Of a DNA stretch of 64,000 nt, positions 27,337 through 37,488 are shown one piece after another. The stretch is taken from the NCBI GenBank assembly GCA_963801815.1, contig CAWDGJ010000002.1:416001-480000 (forward strand). Direction: 5' to 3'. The notes under the pieces were generated by a model. The model made no database searches and was not told the DNA's origin. It worked only from the letters and a program-made list of their open reading frames with translations. The stretch comes from an uncultured Verrucomicrobiae bacterium (GTDB taxonomy: Bacteria > Verrucomicrobiota > Verrucomicrobiia > Chthoniobacterales > UBA10450). Every line of letters starts with the position of its first letter. The stretch's first letter is position 1. A program made the translations under genes and the position numbers.

Positions 27337-28236
27337 ATGCGCATTGTCTTCATCGGCACTGGCGAAATCGGCGTGCTGACATTGCGCGCGCTCCAAAGCT
27401 CCGAGCACGAACTTGTTGGAGTCGTTACCCAACCGGACAAGCCCGTTGGCCGCGAACAAAAGGTCACCGCGCCGCCGGTGAAGGCCGCGATCGCCGGCAG
27501 CAAGATACCGATTTTGCAGCCCACGAAAATCAAGGATCCTACCGCGGTCGAGCAAATCCGCGCGCTCAAACCGGACGTGATCGTGGTGATGGCTTACGGT
27601 CAAATCCTGCCACACGCGGTGCTCGAGATTCCCAATATCGCTTGTATAAACCTTCACGCTTCACTCCTGCCGCGCTGGCGCGGGGCCGCGCCTATCCAAG
27701 CCGCAATCGCCGCCGGCGATCATCAAACCGGAATCACCGTGATGTACATGGACGAAGGGCTCGACACTGGCGACGTTTTGCTGCAGCGGAAGATTGATAT
27801 CGCGGCAAATGAAACTGGTGAATCATTGCACGATCGGCTCGCCCAGATCGCGCCGGAAGCGCTGGTCGAGTCTTTGAAATTACTTCAGGCGGCAAGCGCC
27901 CCGCGCATTGCCCAAGATAAGACGGTCGCGACCTACGCTCCGAAACTAGATCGCGAAGCCGGTCGCATCGATTGGAAGGAAAGTGCCGAACAGATTGAGC
28001 GAAAGATTCGCGCTTACAATCCGTGGCCCGGCGCGTTCACCGAATTCAGGAATCGCAAACTCAAGCTTTTTTCGGCATCGATTGTCGATCTTCAGGGAAA
28101 GCCCGGCGAGACCTTACGCGAGGATCGCGAACTTGTCGTCGCAACATCCGATCGAGCGCTATCACTCAACGAAGTTCAGCTCGAAGGAAAACGTCGAATG
28201 AGCGCAGTGGAATTCCTCCGCGGCCTGAAACATTGA
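27337..28236 (+). CDS. fmt: Methionyl-tRNA formyltransferase
   Basis: [28 protein letters not shown]. Confidence 0.96.
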   Translation: MRIVFIGTGEIGVLTLRALQSSEHELVGVVTQPDKPVGREQKVTAPPVKAAIAGSKIPILQPTKIKDPTAVEQIRALKPDVIVVMAYGQILPHAVLEIPNIACINLHASLLPRWRGAAPIQAAIAAGDHQTGITVMYMDEGLDTGDVLLQRKIDIAANETGESLHDRLAQIAPEALVESLKLLQAASAPRIAQDKTVATYAPKLDREAGRIDWKESAEQIERKIRAYNPWPGAFTEFRNRKLKLFSASIVDLQGKPGETLREDRELVVATSDRALSLNEVQLEGKRRMSAVEFLRGLKH

Positions 28237-28312
28237 CTGGCAGCCAGTTGGCCGGACAAATCAAGCATTTTGCTTTCAAAACGAAGCGTGCTCCTGTTTC
28301 ATCTCCGCTGCG

Positions 28313-29053
28313 ATGAAAACCGAAGCACCGGCTTACAAGCGTATCGTGCTCAAGTTGAGCGGCGAAGCGCTTCAGGAACGCGGTGCACGGGAAAACATTT
28401 CCCCGGCGATCGTCCGCCAGATTGCCGAGCGCATCAAAGAGGTAAGCCAGCTCGGAGTCCAGATCGCGATAGTGATCGGCGGCGGCAATATCTGGCGCGG
28501 GTCCTCCGCGGCAGTGCGCGGAATGGATCGCACGACGGCGGATTACATGGGAATGCTTGCGACGGTGGTCAACGCGCTCGCGTTGCGCAGCACGCTCACT
28601 CAGCTCGGAGTCGAAGCACGCGTCCAGACTGCGATCGAAATGAAAAATGTGGCCGAACCGTTCATTCTTGGTCGGGCGATTCGGCACCTCGAGCTCGGCC
28701 GGATCGTGATTTTCGCCGCAGGAACCGGCAATCCGTATTTTTCCACCGACACGACCGCAGCGTTGCGCGCGAGCGAGATCGGTGCCGATGTGATTTTGAA
28801 GGCGACGAAAGTGGACGGCGTTTACGATCGCGACCCAAACAAAGACCCGAACGCGAAGCGATTTGAGCGGATCAGTTTCAGCGATGCGCTGGGCAAACGA
28901 CTTCAGGTCATGGATTCGACGGCGTTCAGTCTTTGCATGGACAACAAGATCCCAATTGTCGTATTCGACATGTACAAACCGGGAATTTTGCGGGACGCTG
29001 TGCTAGGGAGAAAAGTGGGAACGCTGGTTTGCGACGAACCGGAGACGAAGTAG
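28313..29053 (+). CDS. pyrH: UMP kinase
   Basis: [33 protein letters not shown]. Confidence 0.97.
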   Translation: MKTEAPAYKRIVLKLSGEALQERGARENISPAIVRQIAERIKEVSQLGVQIAIVIGGGNIWRGSSAAVRGMDRTTADYMGMLATVVNALALRSTLTQLGVEARVQTAIEMKNVAEPFILGRAIRHLELGRIVIFAAGTGNPYFSTDTTAALRASEIGADVILKATKVDGVYDRDPNKDPNAKRFERISFSDALGKRLQVMDSTAFSLCMDNKIPIVVFDMYKPGILRDAVLGRKVGTLVCDEPETK

Positions 29054-29065
29054 AAATTTACGCAC

Positions 29066-29627
29066 ATGAACAGGGATGACATTCTTCTTGAAACCGAGAT
29101 GTCGATGGAAAAGAGCGTCGATTATCTCGTGCACGAATTTTCCGGGGTGCGCACCGGCAAGGCATCGCCCGCGCTGGTAGAAAACATCGACGTCCAGGCT
29201 TACGGGTCGACGATGAAGTTGAAGCAGCTGGCGCTGATTACGACACCGGAGTCGCGCTTGCTGGTATTGCAACCGTTCGACGCCGGGACCGTTCAAGACA
29301 TCGAGCGAGCGCTCAAGGAATCGAACATCGGGATTACGCCGGCGGTGGACGGAAAAATCATTCGGCTGCCAATTCCCGAGTTATCGGAGGAGAGACGGAA
29401 GGAATTGGCGAAATCGTTAGGCAAAATGGCCGAGGAAGCGCGTGTCCGCGTGCGAAGTAATCGGCGCACCGCTTTGGACGAAGCGAAGAAGCTGAAAGCT
29501 GGCGGCGGAATGAGCGAGGATGATGTGCGTCGACCTGGACAGCGAAATTCAGAAACTGACCGATCGCTTCGTCAAATCAATCGACGATCATCTCAAGCAC
29601 AAGGAAGCTGAAATCATGAAGGTGTGA
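29066..29627 (+). CDS. frr: Ribosome recycling factor (apparent 1-nt insertion near 29530)
   Basis: RTGKASP and LSEERRKEL; the canonical C-terminus DLDSEIQKLTD...KEAEIMKV* continues in the +1 frame to TGA at 29627. Confidence 0.93.
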
Positions 29628-29630
29628 AGA

Positions 29631-29717
29631 GATTTAACGAATCAGCGATTTAACGATTTGCGAATGCAGACAAAGTTCGGACTTTCTGAAATCGTTAATT
29701 TATTGAATCGCTAAATC
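29631..29717. repeat. Octamer tandem-inverted repeat between convergent genes
   Basis: GATTTAAC GAATCAGC GATTTAAC GATTT ... AAATC GTTAATTT ATTGAATC GCTAAATC. Confidence 0.75.
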
Positions 29718-29729
29718 GCCACGAGCCGA

Positions 29730-30545
29730 CTAAAGGCGGACTAAGTCGAGCAGAAACTGGCACCAGAGATAGACCATTCCGCGCCAGGAATATCTTACGT
29801 CGCCTTCGGGCGTATGTTTGAGCACACCCTTGTGAACGTTGTGCGCGATCTGTTCGCGTAAGTCGCGCTCCATCTCCTGCTCAATTCTCTCTTCGTCCAA
29901 CGCTTCGATCGCCTCGACCTGGACGTTGTGCTTGCGCAAGAAAGCGCGGTGGCTTTGATAAAGTTGCCAGAACGATTGATCCGGCCGCTGGCGATTGATT
30001 CGAAACTGCGGCGTTAGTTTCAATCCGTAGGAGAGCGGATAATTCCAGGTCGTCCAGATGATGCCGCTCCGCGCGCGCGAGGAAATTCGCAAATAATAAA
30101 ACGAGAGATCGTGTTGCTCGTTCAGACAAATCGTGGCCTGAGCACGATCTTCTGCTTTGTAAAAGAGCCGGAAAAATTGCCGGTAATCTTCCCAGTCCCA
30201 GCCGGCGTCGTTTATGTGGACGAAACCTTCGTTCTCAATCTCGCGAGTGATCTCGTTCAGCGTCGGAAACGTATCGCTCGACGGCGGCGACTTCGGGCGA
30301 AGCTGTTTTTCCTTCGGCAAACGCAACGTGCGAATGCGGGTGAGAATTTCCACCCATGGCAAAAAAAACCAGCTTACCGCCGCGACCGCACCAATGATCT
30401 GACTGCCGGTGATGAAGTAAAATGCGAGATACGAAACGACCAGGATGCCGATGGCTCCGGCTTTTTGCGAAAAAGAACTCTGGAAGCTACGCAGGGCAAC
30501 ACTAAGCACCGCGACGCCAAGCGTCAGGAAAAGGTTAAACAGCAT
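29730..30545 (-). CDS. Hypothetical membrane protein
   Basis: 271 aa, 3 N-terminal TM segments, Trp/Tyr-rich soluble domain; overlaps the glutaredoxin stop. Confidence 0.7.
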   Translation of the reverse strand: MLFNLFLTLGVAVLSVALRSFQSSFSQKAGAIGILVVSYLAFYFITGSQIIGAVAAVSWFFLPWVEILTRIRTLRLPKEKQLRPKSPPSSDTFPTLNEITREIENEGFVHINDAGWDWEDYRQFFRLFYKAEDRAQATICLNEQHDLSFYYLRISSRARSGIIWTTWNYPLSYGLKLTPQFRINRQRPDQSFWQLYQSHRAFLRKHNVQVEAIEALDEERIEQEMERDLREQIAHNVHKGVLKHTPEGDVRYSWRGMVYLWCQFLLDLVRL

Positions 30546-30789
30546 TAGGTTTGATCTGATGCTCGCTCAGGAACTGTTCGAGTTGATCGGTGTCGAAATT
30601 CGCCAGAACGTGCTCGCCGGCAACAAACGTCGGCACATAAGTCTGCTCCGATAACTTCTTCATCTCTTCGTAAGCCTGGCGATCGTCGCCAACGTCGATT
30701 TCCAGGAACTTGTAGCCGCGCGATTCCAGATACTCTTTCGCGTCAATGCACCACGAACACCATTCGCGGCTGTAGAGCTTTAATTCCAT
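30535..30789 (-). CDS. Glutaredoxin-family protein
   Basis: CSWC active site, 'QTYVP'. Confidence 0.85.
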   Translation of the reverse strand: MELKLYSREWCSWCIDAKEYLESRGYKFLEIDVGDDRQAYEEMKKLSEQTYVPTFVAGEHVLANFDTDQLEQFLSEHQIKPNAV

Positions 30790-30825
30790 GCGCGGGCGGA
30801 AATAAACGCGGTGCGGCGTGATCCG

Positions 30826-32346
30826 TCAATAGGACTTGGCCCAAATCACCCGCTTAGCGCCCGGTTGGCCGGTGAAAATGCACTTCCCCGGGTCCGCGTC
30901 ACCGAACGGAACGACGCGAATCGTTACCTTAAGGTCGTTCTTGATTTGTTCCTCCACTTCGCGTGAACCGTTCCAGTGCGCCAGCGCGAAGCCGCCATGG
31001 ATCTCCGGTTTGTTTGGATTCTTAGCCGTAAAGAAATCGTAAAACTCTTCTTTGGATTCGATGACGCGTGTGTGCTGCTCCTGAAACTCCTTCGCGCGGT
31101 CGTAAAGGTTCTGCTGGATCGACATCAGGATTTCCGGAGCGGTCGCCGCGAATTCCTGGATCGACATTGACTCCTTTGCTTTCACTGACTGGTCGCGCCG
31201 CGAGACAGCGACAGAGTTTGTTCCCAGATCACGCGGACCGATTTCAACCCGGATCGGCACGCCTTTCTTGATCCACTCCCAGTTTTTCACGCCACCGCCG
31301 AGATCGCGTTTGTCGACTTCAACCTCAAGCGGCGAATCAGCAAAATGCTTTCCTCGCAACTGCAAGGCGAGCGCGTCGCACGTCTCCAAAACTTTAGCGC
31401 GAGTGTCCTCTTTTGGCGTGATTGGCAAAATCACAATCTGGGTCGGCGCAATTCGCGGAGGCAAAACAAGTCCGTCGTCATCGCCGTGCATCATGACGAC
31501 CGTGCCGACCATGCGCGTGGTCATTCCCCAGCTAGTGGTCCAGCCAAATTCCTGTTTGCCTTCGCGGTTTTGAAATTGGATTCCACTGGCCTTGGCAAAA
31601 TTTTGTCCGAGAAAATGCGACGTGCCCGCCTGGATTGCCTTCCGATCTTGCACCATTGCTTCGAGGGTCAGCGTTTCGACCGCCCCCGGAAACTTTTCAC
31701 TTTCGGACTTGGCGCCGGTGAAAACCGGGACGGCGAGATGTTCGCGAGCGAACCGTTCGTAAACTTCGAGAATCAGCGTGGCCTCGGCGCGAGCCTGCTG
31801 TTCCGTTTCGTGAACGGTGTGACCCTCCTGCCAGAGAAACTCGGTGGTGCGCAAAAACAAGCGCGGCCGCATTTCCCAGCGCACCACGTTTGCCCACTGA
31901 TTTAAAAGAATGGGCAGATCGCGATACGACTGGACCCACTTCGCATAGCTCGCGCCTATGATGGTCTCGGACGTTGGCCGGACCACGAGCGGTTCGTTCA
32001 ACGGGCTGCCCGGTTTCAGTTTTCCATCTGCGTCCGCTTCGAGTCGCGTGTGGGTGACGACCGCGCATTCCTTGGCGAAACCTTTGACGTGCTCGGCTTC
32101 CTTCGCGAAATAGCTTAGCGGAATAAAAAGCGGAAAATAGGCATTGCGATGTCCGGTTGCGCGAAACATCGCGTCGAGCTGGCGCTGCATGTTTTCCCAT
32201 ATCCCGTAGCCCCACGGCCGGATGACCATGCACCCGCGCACATCGCTCGATTCGGCCAGCTCGGCGGCCCGAACGACCTGCTGATACCATTCGGGAAAAT
32301 CCTGATCGCGGCGCGGACTGATCGCGGTTTTTTCTGTCTTTGTCAT
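30826..32346 (-). CDS. proS: Proline--tRNA ligase (archaeal/eukaryote-like type)
   Basis: RPTSET, QWANVVRWE, FLWQEGHT, QAGTSHFLGQNF, C-terminal AKSY. Confidence 0.96.
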   Translation of the reverse strand: MTKTEKTAISPRRDQDFPEWYQQVVRAAELAESSDVRGCMVIRPWGYGIWENMQRQLDAMFRATGHRNAYFPLFIPLSYFAKEAEHVKGFAKECAVVTHTRLEADADGKLKPGSPLNEPLVVRPTSETIIGASYAKWVQSYRDLPILLNQWANVVRWEMRPRLFLRTTEFLWQEGHTVHETEQQARAEATLILEVYERFAREHLAVPVFTGAKSESEKFPGAVETLTLEAMVQDRKAIQAGTSHFLGQNFAKASGIQFQNREGKQEFGWTTSWGMTTRMVGTVVMMHGDDDGLVLPPRIAPTQIVILPITPKEDTRAKVLETCDALALQLRGKHFADSPLEVEVDKRDLGGGVKNWEWIKKGVPIRVEIGPRDLGTNSVAVSRRDQSVKAKESMSIQEFAATAPEILMSIQQNLYDRAKEFQEQHTRVIESKEEFYDFFTAKNPNKPEIHGGFALAHWNGSREVEEQIKNDLKVTIRVVPFGDADPGKCIFTGQPGAKRVIWAKSY

Positions 32347-32436
32347 CGAAGAGAACGAATTAAGCTCGTGCAGCCGAAATGGCTAGCCGCCTTTTTTGTA
32401 ACCTTTTCGTCCATTTGTTGCTCTTTACTTTCAGGT

Positions 32437-32787
32437 ATGAAAATCAAATCACTGATTATCGTGGCGACATTGCTTGGCGCCGTACAGCTTTCGCCGGTTT
32501 TAGTCGGCCAGGACGCGAATGAGAGTGCAGCGGGTCGGGGCGGTCATTGGCAAAAACGAATGGCGAATCTTTCGCCGGATGAGCAACAAAAATTGATCTC
32601 GGCACGACAAAAAGCCTTGCAGGATCCCGCTGTGCAGGCGGCTGAAGAAAAAATGAAAGAGGCCCGCCGGGCTTTCATGACTTCAATGCGGGCAGCGATG
32701 CTCAAAGCCGACCCATCGGTCCAATCGGTTCTCGATAAAATGCCGAGAGCTGGGAAAGCCGGTCGCGGAGAGACTGAGGAAGATTAA
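32437..32787 (+). CDS. Small secreted helical protein (Spy/CpxP-like composition)
   Basis: Signal peptide, 'NLSPDEQQKL', Ala/Lys/Met-rich. Confidence 0.65.
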   Translation: MKIKSLIIVATLLGAVQLSPVLVGQDANESAAGRGGHWQKRMANLSPDEQQKLISARQKALQDPAVQAAEEKMKEARRAFMTSMRAAMLKADPSVQSVLDKMPRAGKAGRGETEED

Positions 32788-32807
32788 ATAGTCAGCGGTC
32801 CCGCCTG

Positions 32808-33419
32808 TTAACGGGACACGAGCGCACCAGCTCGCTCGGCATAACCGCCGGCGAAATCGATCGTGCAAACCGTGCGGTATCGGGCATGGTGACCAAAAGC
32901 CGCGCCGGCGTAATTAAATTTCGGATTGAAGATATTCTTCCGATGACCACGCGAACGCACACCGTCGTCGATGATCAGCGCTAACACCACGCCGCGGGCA
33001 GTCTTTTGACTATAGGAAATGTTTTCGCCCCAGGTCGCGCTCCAGCTTCCGTAACGGCTGATTCGATCGCCCGGACTGCTGCGATCACTTCCATCGTGAC
33101 CGAGCTGACCACCAACTTGTTCGGCGCAATGATCCGCAGCGGCGCGGCACATCCCCGTCGACAACGTTAGCGGCGGCAATGACCTCGCTCTCTCAAGAAA
33201 GTGGACTGCTTCGTCGACCGCGCGTCCGCCTTCGATCATGTGGAACGGGCGTGATTCGGCCGCGAAGGTCGCGTAAAGCCTTGGGTTTTCCCGCGCGAGA
33301 TTCAACTCGCGGACCACGGACGTCGCGGAAATTTGCTCGGGCTCGGCGGCGGCGGCGAAATTCAGTGCAAAAACGGTGGTGGTGGCGGCTAGGATTGCGA
33401 GGCGCATTATAATTTCCAT
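32808..33419 (-). CDS. CAP (SCP) domain protein
   Basis: AAADH, GHDGSD, GENI, DDGVRSRGHRKNIF. Confidence 0.88.
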   Translation of the reverse strand: MEIIMRLAILAATTTVFALNFAAAAEPEQISATSVVRELNLARENPRLYATFAAESRPFHMIEGGRAVDEAVHFLERARSLPPLTLSTGMCRAAADHCAEQVGGQLGHDGSDRSSPGDRISRYGSWSATWGENISYSQKTARGVVLALIIDDGVRSRGHRKNIFNPKFNYAGAAFGHHARYRTVCTIDFAGGYAERAGALVSR

Positions 33420-33459
33420 AAAGCACCTTTGATACCAGTGAACCGCCTGACGCCGCCTG

Positions 33460-33488
33460 TTGACAGCCGCCCACTCGGCCAGTAGTTT
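33460..33488 (+). promoter_or_regulatory. sigma70-like promoter of rplM-rpsI
   Basis: TTGACA-17 nt-TAGTTT. Confidence 0.6.
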
Positions 33489-33510
33489 CCGTGCCCTTTT
33501 TCAAACGCCG

Positions 33511-33942
33511 ATGAAAACGTTTTCCGCGAAGGCCAGTGATGTTGACCGCAAATGGTGGCTGATCGATGCCAAAGATCAGGTCCTCGGTCGCGTCGCAGTC
33601 AAGGCGGCGAAGCTTTTACGAGGAAAAGAGAAGGCGATCTTCACGCCGCATGTCGACACCGGCGATTTCGTGATCGTTATTAATGCCGGCAAGGTTCGTG
33701 TGTCGGGTAAGAAAGAGGAACAAAAGAGCTTCATGAGTTTTTCTGGATACGTCGGCGGACATAAATCCGAAAATGTCCGCGCCCGTCGCGCGCGTCATCC
33801 GGAATTGCTGGTCGAGCGCGCGATCCGCGGAATGATTCCGCATAATCGACTCGGCCGCTCCGTCTATCGAAAACTGAAGGTCTATCGCGACGACGCGCAC
33901 CCGCACGGCGCGCAGCAACCGAAATCGGTCAAGCTCGCTTAA
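33511..33942 (+). CDS. rplM: 50S ribosomal protein uL13
   Basis: WWLIDA, LGR, TPHVDTGDFVIVINA, RGMIP. Confidence 0.97.
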   Translation: MKTFSAKASDVDRKWWLIDAKDQVLGRVAVKAAKLLRGKEKAIFTPHVDTGDFVIVINAGKVRVSGKKEEQKSFMSFSGYVGGHKSENVRARRARHPELLVERAIRGMIPHNRLGRSVYRKLKVYRDDAHPHGAQQPKSVKLA

Positions 33943-33953
33943 GAAAGTATTTT

Positions 33954-34349
33954 ATGGCTCAAGCACAGGAATTTATCGGCACAGGTCGCCGCAAGACTTC
34001 AGTCGCACGTATTCGGATGACTCCGGGCAGCGGCAAGATCGATATCAACGGCCGAAATTTTGAGGATTATTTTCCAACCGTCCCGCTGCAGAACATTGTT
34101 CTACAACCGTTGCAAACTGCCAAGGTCGTCAATGCCTACGATGTCTCGATCAACGCCAGTGGCGGCGGTGCTACCGGTCAAGCTGGAGCCGCGCGCCTGG
34201 CGATTGCACGCGCGCTCTTGCAGACAGACCCAAATCTCCGCGGCGGATTAAAGAGTGAGGGGCTGCTCCGACGCGACCCACGAATGAAAGAGCGGAAAAA
34301 ATCCGGACAACCCGGCGCTCGCAAACGCTTCCAGTTCTCGAAGCGATAA
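33954..34349 (+). CDS. rpsI: 30S ribosomal protein uS9
   Basis: GRRKTSVAR, GQAGA, RDPRMKERKK...QFSKR. Confidence 0.98.
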   Translation: MAQAQEFIGTGRRKTSVARIRMTPGSGKIDINGRNFEDYFPTVPLQNIVLQPLQTAKVVNAYDVSINASGGGATGQAGAARLAIARALLQTDPNLRGGLKSEGLLRRDPRMKERKKSGQPGARKRFQFSKR

Positions 34350-34359
34350 TTTTTGCCTG

Positions 34360-34406
34360 GTAGCGGCGATTGACCTCAATCGCCATGGCTGTGAACCGCA
34401 AGCTAC
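34360..34406. repeat. GTAG REP element between convergent genes
   Basis: GTAGC-GGCGATTGA-CC-TCAATCGCC perfect hairpin; ends in GCTAC overlapping the stop of the minus-strand gene. Confidence 0.65.
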
Positions 34407-35170
34407 TTCGGTTGCTTTGGCGTCGGTGCACCAGTGGAAGCTGGGGACAAGGGTGGTCCGTCAGGTGCCGCACTCGGCCGAGCCGCCGCGGTAGCAGGTT
34501 TTGGTTGCTCCGGCGGTTTCAATGAACGCAAGTGCCGCATCGCCTCCACCGTCCACACAGTTTCCATGCGGTCGTCCCGCGCAGCAGCAGTGTCCATCGG
34601 TTGTCCAGGCATGCGGTATTTTGTCAGGATCTCTTCGCAAACCCGGCGCGCATCTTCGATTCGATTCTTCGCCTTCAAAATGGGGACCTCTGAAATCATT
34701 GCCAAAGGCGTAACGAAACTATTTGGATAGCTGGCCGCGACGCGCTGATACGTCGCGAGCGCCTCGTCGCTCTTGCCCGTAGCCTCGAAATTGGCCGCCT
34801 TTGTCAGCTCGGCGGTCGGCACCAGCTCATGATCCGGATTCTTATCGATGAATGCCTGCAATGTGGCGTTCGATTCGGAAAATTTCTGTTCGTTGCGCTG
34901 TTTGTCTGCCAGGAGCAAATACGCACTTCCGCCCGCCGGCGATCCGGGATAGCGCGAGATCACCTCCTGGTAATCCTGCCCCGTCTTGGCGTTGCCTAAC
35001 AATTCCGCCGCGGATGTATCCCGCCGATATGTGTAGAATCGGTACCCGGCAAATCCGATCAGCACCAGGATCGCGACGATCAACGCCGCCGCGATTTCCT
35101 TTTGAAATCGCAACCAAAAGACACTGGCTTCAACAGCGGTGTCGGGAGTAGGTGGCGGAGCGGTTGGCAT
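34403..35170 (-). CDS. YfgM-like TPR protein with a single TM segment
   Basis: 'FWLRFQKEI' followed by a TM segment and TPR-like repeats (YPGSPAG, YPNSF). Confidence 0.75.
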   Translation of the reverse strand: MPTAPPPTPDTAVEASVFWLRFQKEIAAALIVAILVLIGFAGYRFYTYRRDTSAAELLGNAKTGQDYQEVISRYPGSPAGGSAYLLLADKQRNEQKFSESNATLQAFIDKNPDHELVPTAELTKAANFEATGKSDEALATYQRVAASYPNSFVTPLAMISEVPILKAKNRIEDARRVCEEILTKYRMPGQPMDTAAARDDRMETVWTVEAMRHLRSLKPPEQPKPATAAARPSAAPDGPPLSPASTGAPTPKQPK

Positions 35171-35351
35171 GGTGAATCTCGATCTGAGGCGCTCTTAGGG
35201 GCGCGCGAGTTTGCTCTATGCCACGCGAAGGATTCACGCGCAAGGGCTAGAAGTCGGCCGCTTCGATTCAGCTACATCGGTCCATTCCCGGGGAATGCCG
35301 GCGTTCCCGGGGGTTCTTGGCAAATTCGCCGCGCGGCTTCACTATCGTCCC

Positions 35352-35873
35352 ATGAACTTATGGCATCAGCTTTGGGACCCGGTCCGCGAGTTTCTTGGCC
35401 TCGGCGCTCTTCCGGAAACGCTCACGTTTGTCCAAATCTCAATTCGCGGAATTATCGTCTTCGTTTTCACATTGATCATGGTGCGAATGAGCGCGCGACG
35501 ATCGCTCGCCCGACGCACCGTGTTCGACAGCATTTTTCTGGTGATCCTCGCGTCTGTCCTGGCCCGCGCAATCAACGGGTCGTCAGACCTTTTGCCGACA
35601 ATCGGCGGCGGCTTTGTCATGGTCGCTTTCCATCGTTTGCTCGCGTGGATCGCGTTCTACTCGCACCGGTTCGGCAACCTTATCAAGGGACCCGAGCGGA
35701 TGCTGATTCGCGAGGGCAAGCTGATGCTCGCTGCTCTTCGTGGGAATCATATTACCGAACACGATCTCGAGGAAGATTTGCGGCTTGGCCTACACATTGA
35801 AGACTTGTCGTTGATCGACAACGCGCGGCTCGAGCGAAGCGGCGGCATTAGCTTCATCAAAAGAAACTCGTAA
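35352..35873 (+). CDS. DUF421/YetF-family membrane protein
   Basis: 'R..A..T.FD', 'LIKG....LIREG', 'ARLERSGGISFIK'. Confidence 0.85.
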   Translation: MNLWHQLWDPVREFLGLGALPETLTFVQISIRGIIVFVFTLIMVRMSARRSLARRTVFDSIFLVILASVLARAINGSSDLLPTIGGGFVMVAFHRLLAWIAFYSHRFGNLIKGPERMLIREGKLMLAALRGNHITEHDLEEDLRLGLHIEDLSLIDNARLERSGGISFIKRNS

Positions 35874-35896
35874 ACGAACAGCTTCTGAATTCGGCA

Positions 35897-35926
35897 TTGG
35901 ACGTTGAGCGTTCAACGTTCGACGTT
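35897..35926. repeat. Heptamer tandem repeat (TTGGACG family)
   Basis: TTGGACG TTGAGCG TTCAACG TTCGACG TT, ending 6 nt before an ATG. Confidence 0.65.
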
Positions 35927-35932
35927 TTCTGA

Positions 35933-37009
35933 ATGCAGCCGCACAATAAGCTATTTACTCCAGGCCCGGTTGAGGTTTCCGCCAAAACGATGGCCGCGTT
36001 CTCGCGGCCGATGATCGGGCATCGCGGCGACGATTTTAAAAACCTTTACCAAGATATTCATCCGCGCCTGCAAACCTTGTTTGGAACGAAGCAGCCGGTT
36101 TTTCTTTCAACGTCATCCGCGTGGGGCATGATGGAAGCGTCGATCCGCAATCTAGTCAATCGCGGCGCGCTTTGCTGCATGTGCGGCGCGTTCTCGGACA
36201 AATGGCTCGATGTTGCGCGACGCTGCGGCAAAACCGCCGAGCCACTTCAGGTTGATTGGGGGAAACACATTGACCCCAAGGATGTCGATCGCGCGCTCGC
36301 GTCCGGAAAATTCGACACTATCACATTGATTCACAACGAAACATCAACGGGCGTAATGAATCCGTTGCCGGAAATTTACTGCACGCTCGCGAAATACCCC
36401 GACGTCACGCTCATTTTGGACACCGTTTCGTCGTTCTCCGGCATGAAAATAGACATGGACGCGCTTGGAATCGACGTGCTGCTCACTGGATCGCAAAAAG
36501 CGCTAGCTCTGCCACCCGGCTTTTCATTGTTCAGTGTGTCCGACAAAGGTTTTGCTCGAACTGAAAAACAAAAAGATCGCGGTTATTACTTCGATTTTCT
36601 CGAGTTTAAGGAACAACAAGCGAGTTGGATGACGCCAACAACGCCAAGCATCGGCCACATCTTTGCGCTGCAATCCAAGCTCGGAGAAATCTTCGAGGAA
36701 GGACTCGACGCGCGTTACGCGCGTCATGCTCGGACAAACGCGCTGGTGCACGATTGGGTGAAACGAGCAGGCTTCGGATTTTTTGCCGAGGAAGGTTTTC
36801 GGTCAAGGACGCTGACTTGTGTCGCGAACAGCAAGAACATCGACGTTCTCGATTTCGCCCGGCGCCTGCGCGAGAAACATCATCTCGTCATCGATCCCGG
36901 TTACGGCAAACTTCGCGGCAAAACATTTCGTCTCTCCAACATGGGCGATGAAACCGACCAAACGGTTTCGCATCTCCTCGGTTGTCTCGACGACGTTCTG
37001 CCGAAATGA
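35933..37009 (+). CDS. Class V PLP aminotransferase (serine-pyruvate/alanine-glyoxylate family)
   Basis: FTPGPV, HNETSTGV, DTVSS, GSQKALALPPG. Confidence 0.9.
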   Translation: MQPHNKLFTPGPVEVSAKTMAAFSRPMIGHRGDDFKNLYQDIHPRLQTLFGTKQPVFLSTSSAWGMMEASIRNLVNRGALCCMCGAFSDKWLDVARRCGKTAEPLQVDWGKHIDPKDVDRALASGKFDTITLIHNETSTGVMNPLPEIYCTLAKYPDVTLILDTVSSFSGMKIDMDALGIDVLLTGSQKALALPPGFSLFSVSDKGFARTEKQKDRGYYFDFLEFKEQQASWMTPTTPSIGHIFALQSKLGEIFEEGLDARYARHARTNALVHDWVKRAGFGFFAEEGFRSRTLTCVANSKNIDVLDFARRLREKHHLVIDPGYGKLRGKTFRLSNMGDETDQTVSHLLGCLDDVLPK

Positions 37010-37488
37010 GTTCAGCCATGTTTGTGCGACAAGGCACTGAGGCAATCACGCAAACTCCGCTTTTCATTGCCGAGCTGCCTAATTTCTCCGCCTTAGAAAA
37101 AGCAGACCTTCCCGCAAAACCGCTAAAACTCTTCATCGCAGGCGATGCCGATAAATTATCTACCGATGAAATTTCCCGGATTGCTGAAGCTTTTCTAAAA
37201 CGAGGCGTGCGGTATGTCTGCGCGTGGGGAACCGATTGTGAACGACTTCACGATATTTTTGACGAAACGTATGTAGGCGATGGAAATGAACCGTACAAGT
37301 TCGACTTGATGACAACGTGGCACGCCGATGATTCGTTCGGCGAGGCGCTTTGGTTTTTCCTAAATGCTGCACATGTCGACGAGGAGATTGCGGGCGCTGC
37401 TTCGTTCGCCGTACGGGTCGGAAACCCTCCAAACTCTGCACCGCTTTCGGAAGCGATTCCGCGAATTGAGGAATTTACCTCTGATTAA
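37006..37488 (+). CDS. Hypothetical protein
   Basis: ATGA overlap with the upstream stop; 'CAWG.DCE..HD..DE' and 'MTTWH' motifs. Confidence 0.7.
   Translation: MSSAMFVRQGTEAITQTPLFIAELPNFSALEKADLPAKPLKLFIAGDADKLSTDEISRIAEAFLKRGVRYVCAWGTDCERLHDIFDETYVGDGNEPYKFDLMTTWHADDSFGEALWFFLNAAHVDEEIAGAASFAVRVGNPPNSAPLSEAIPRIEEFTSD

Noticed and set aside
30826..32346. Eukaryote/archaeal-type ProRS as evidence of unusual gene transfer
   Set aside because: This type is common in many bacterial phyla.
35286..35309. Hairpin CCCGGGAATGCCGGCGTTCCCGGG between divergent genes
   Set aside because: Single GC-rich copy with no U-tract or second instance in the window; cannot be assigned.
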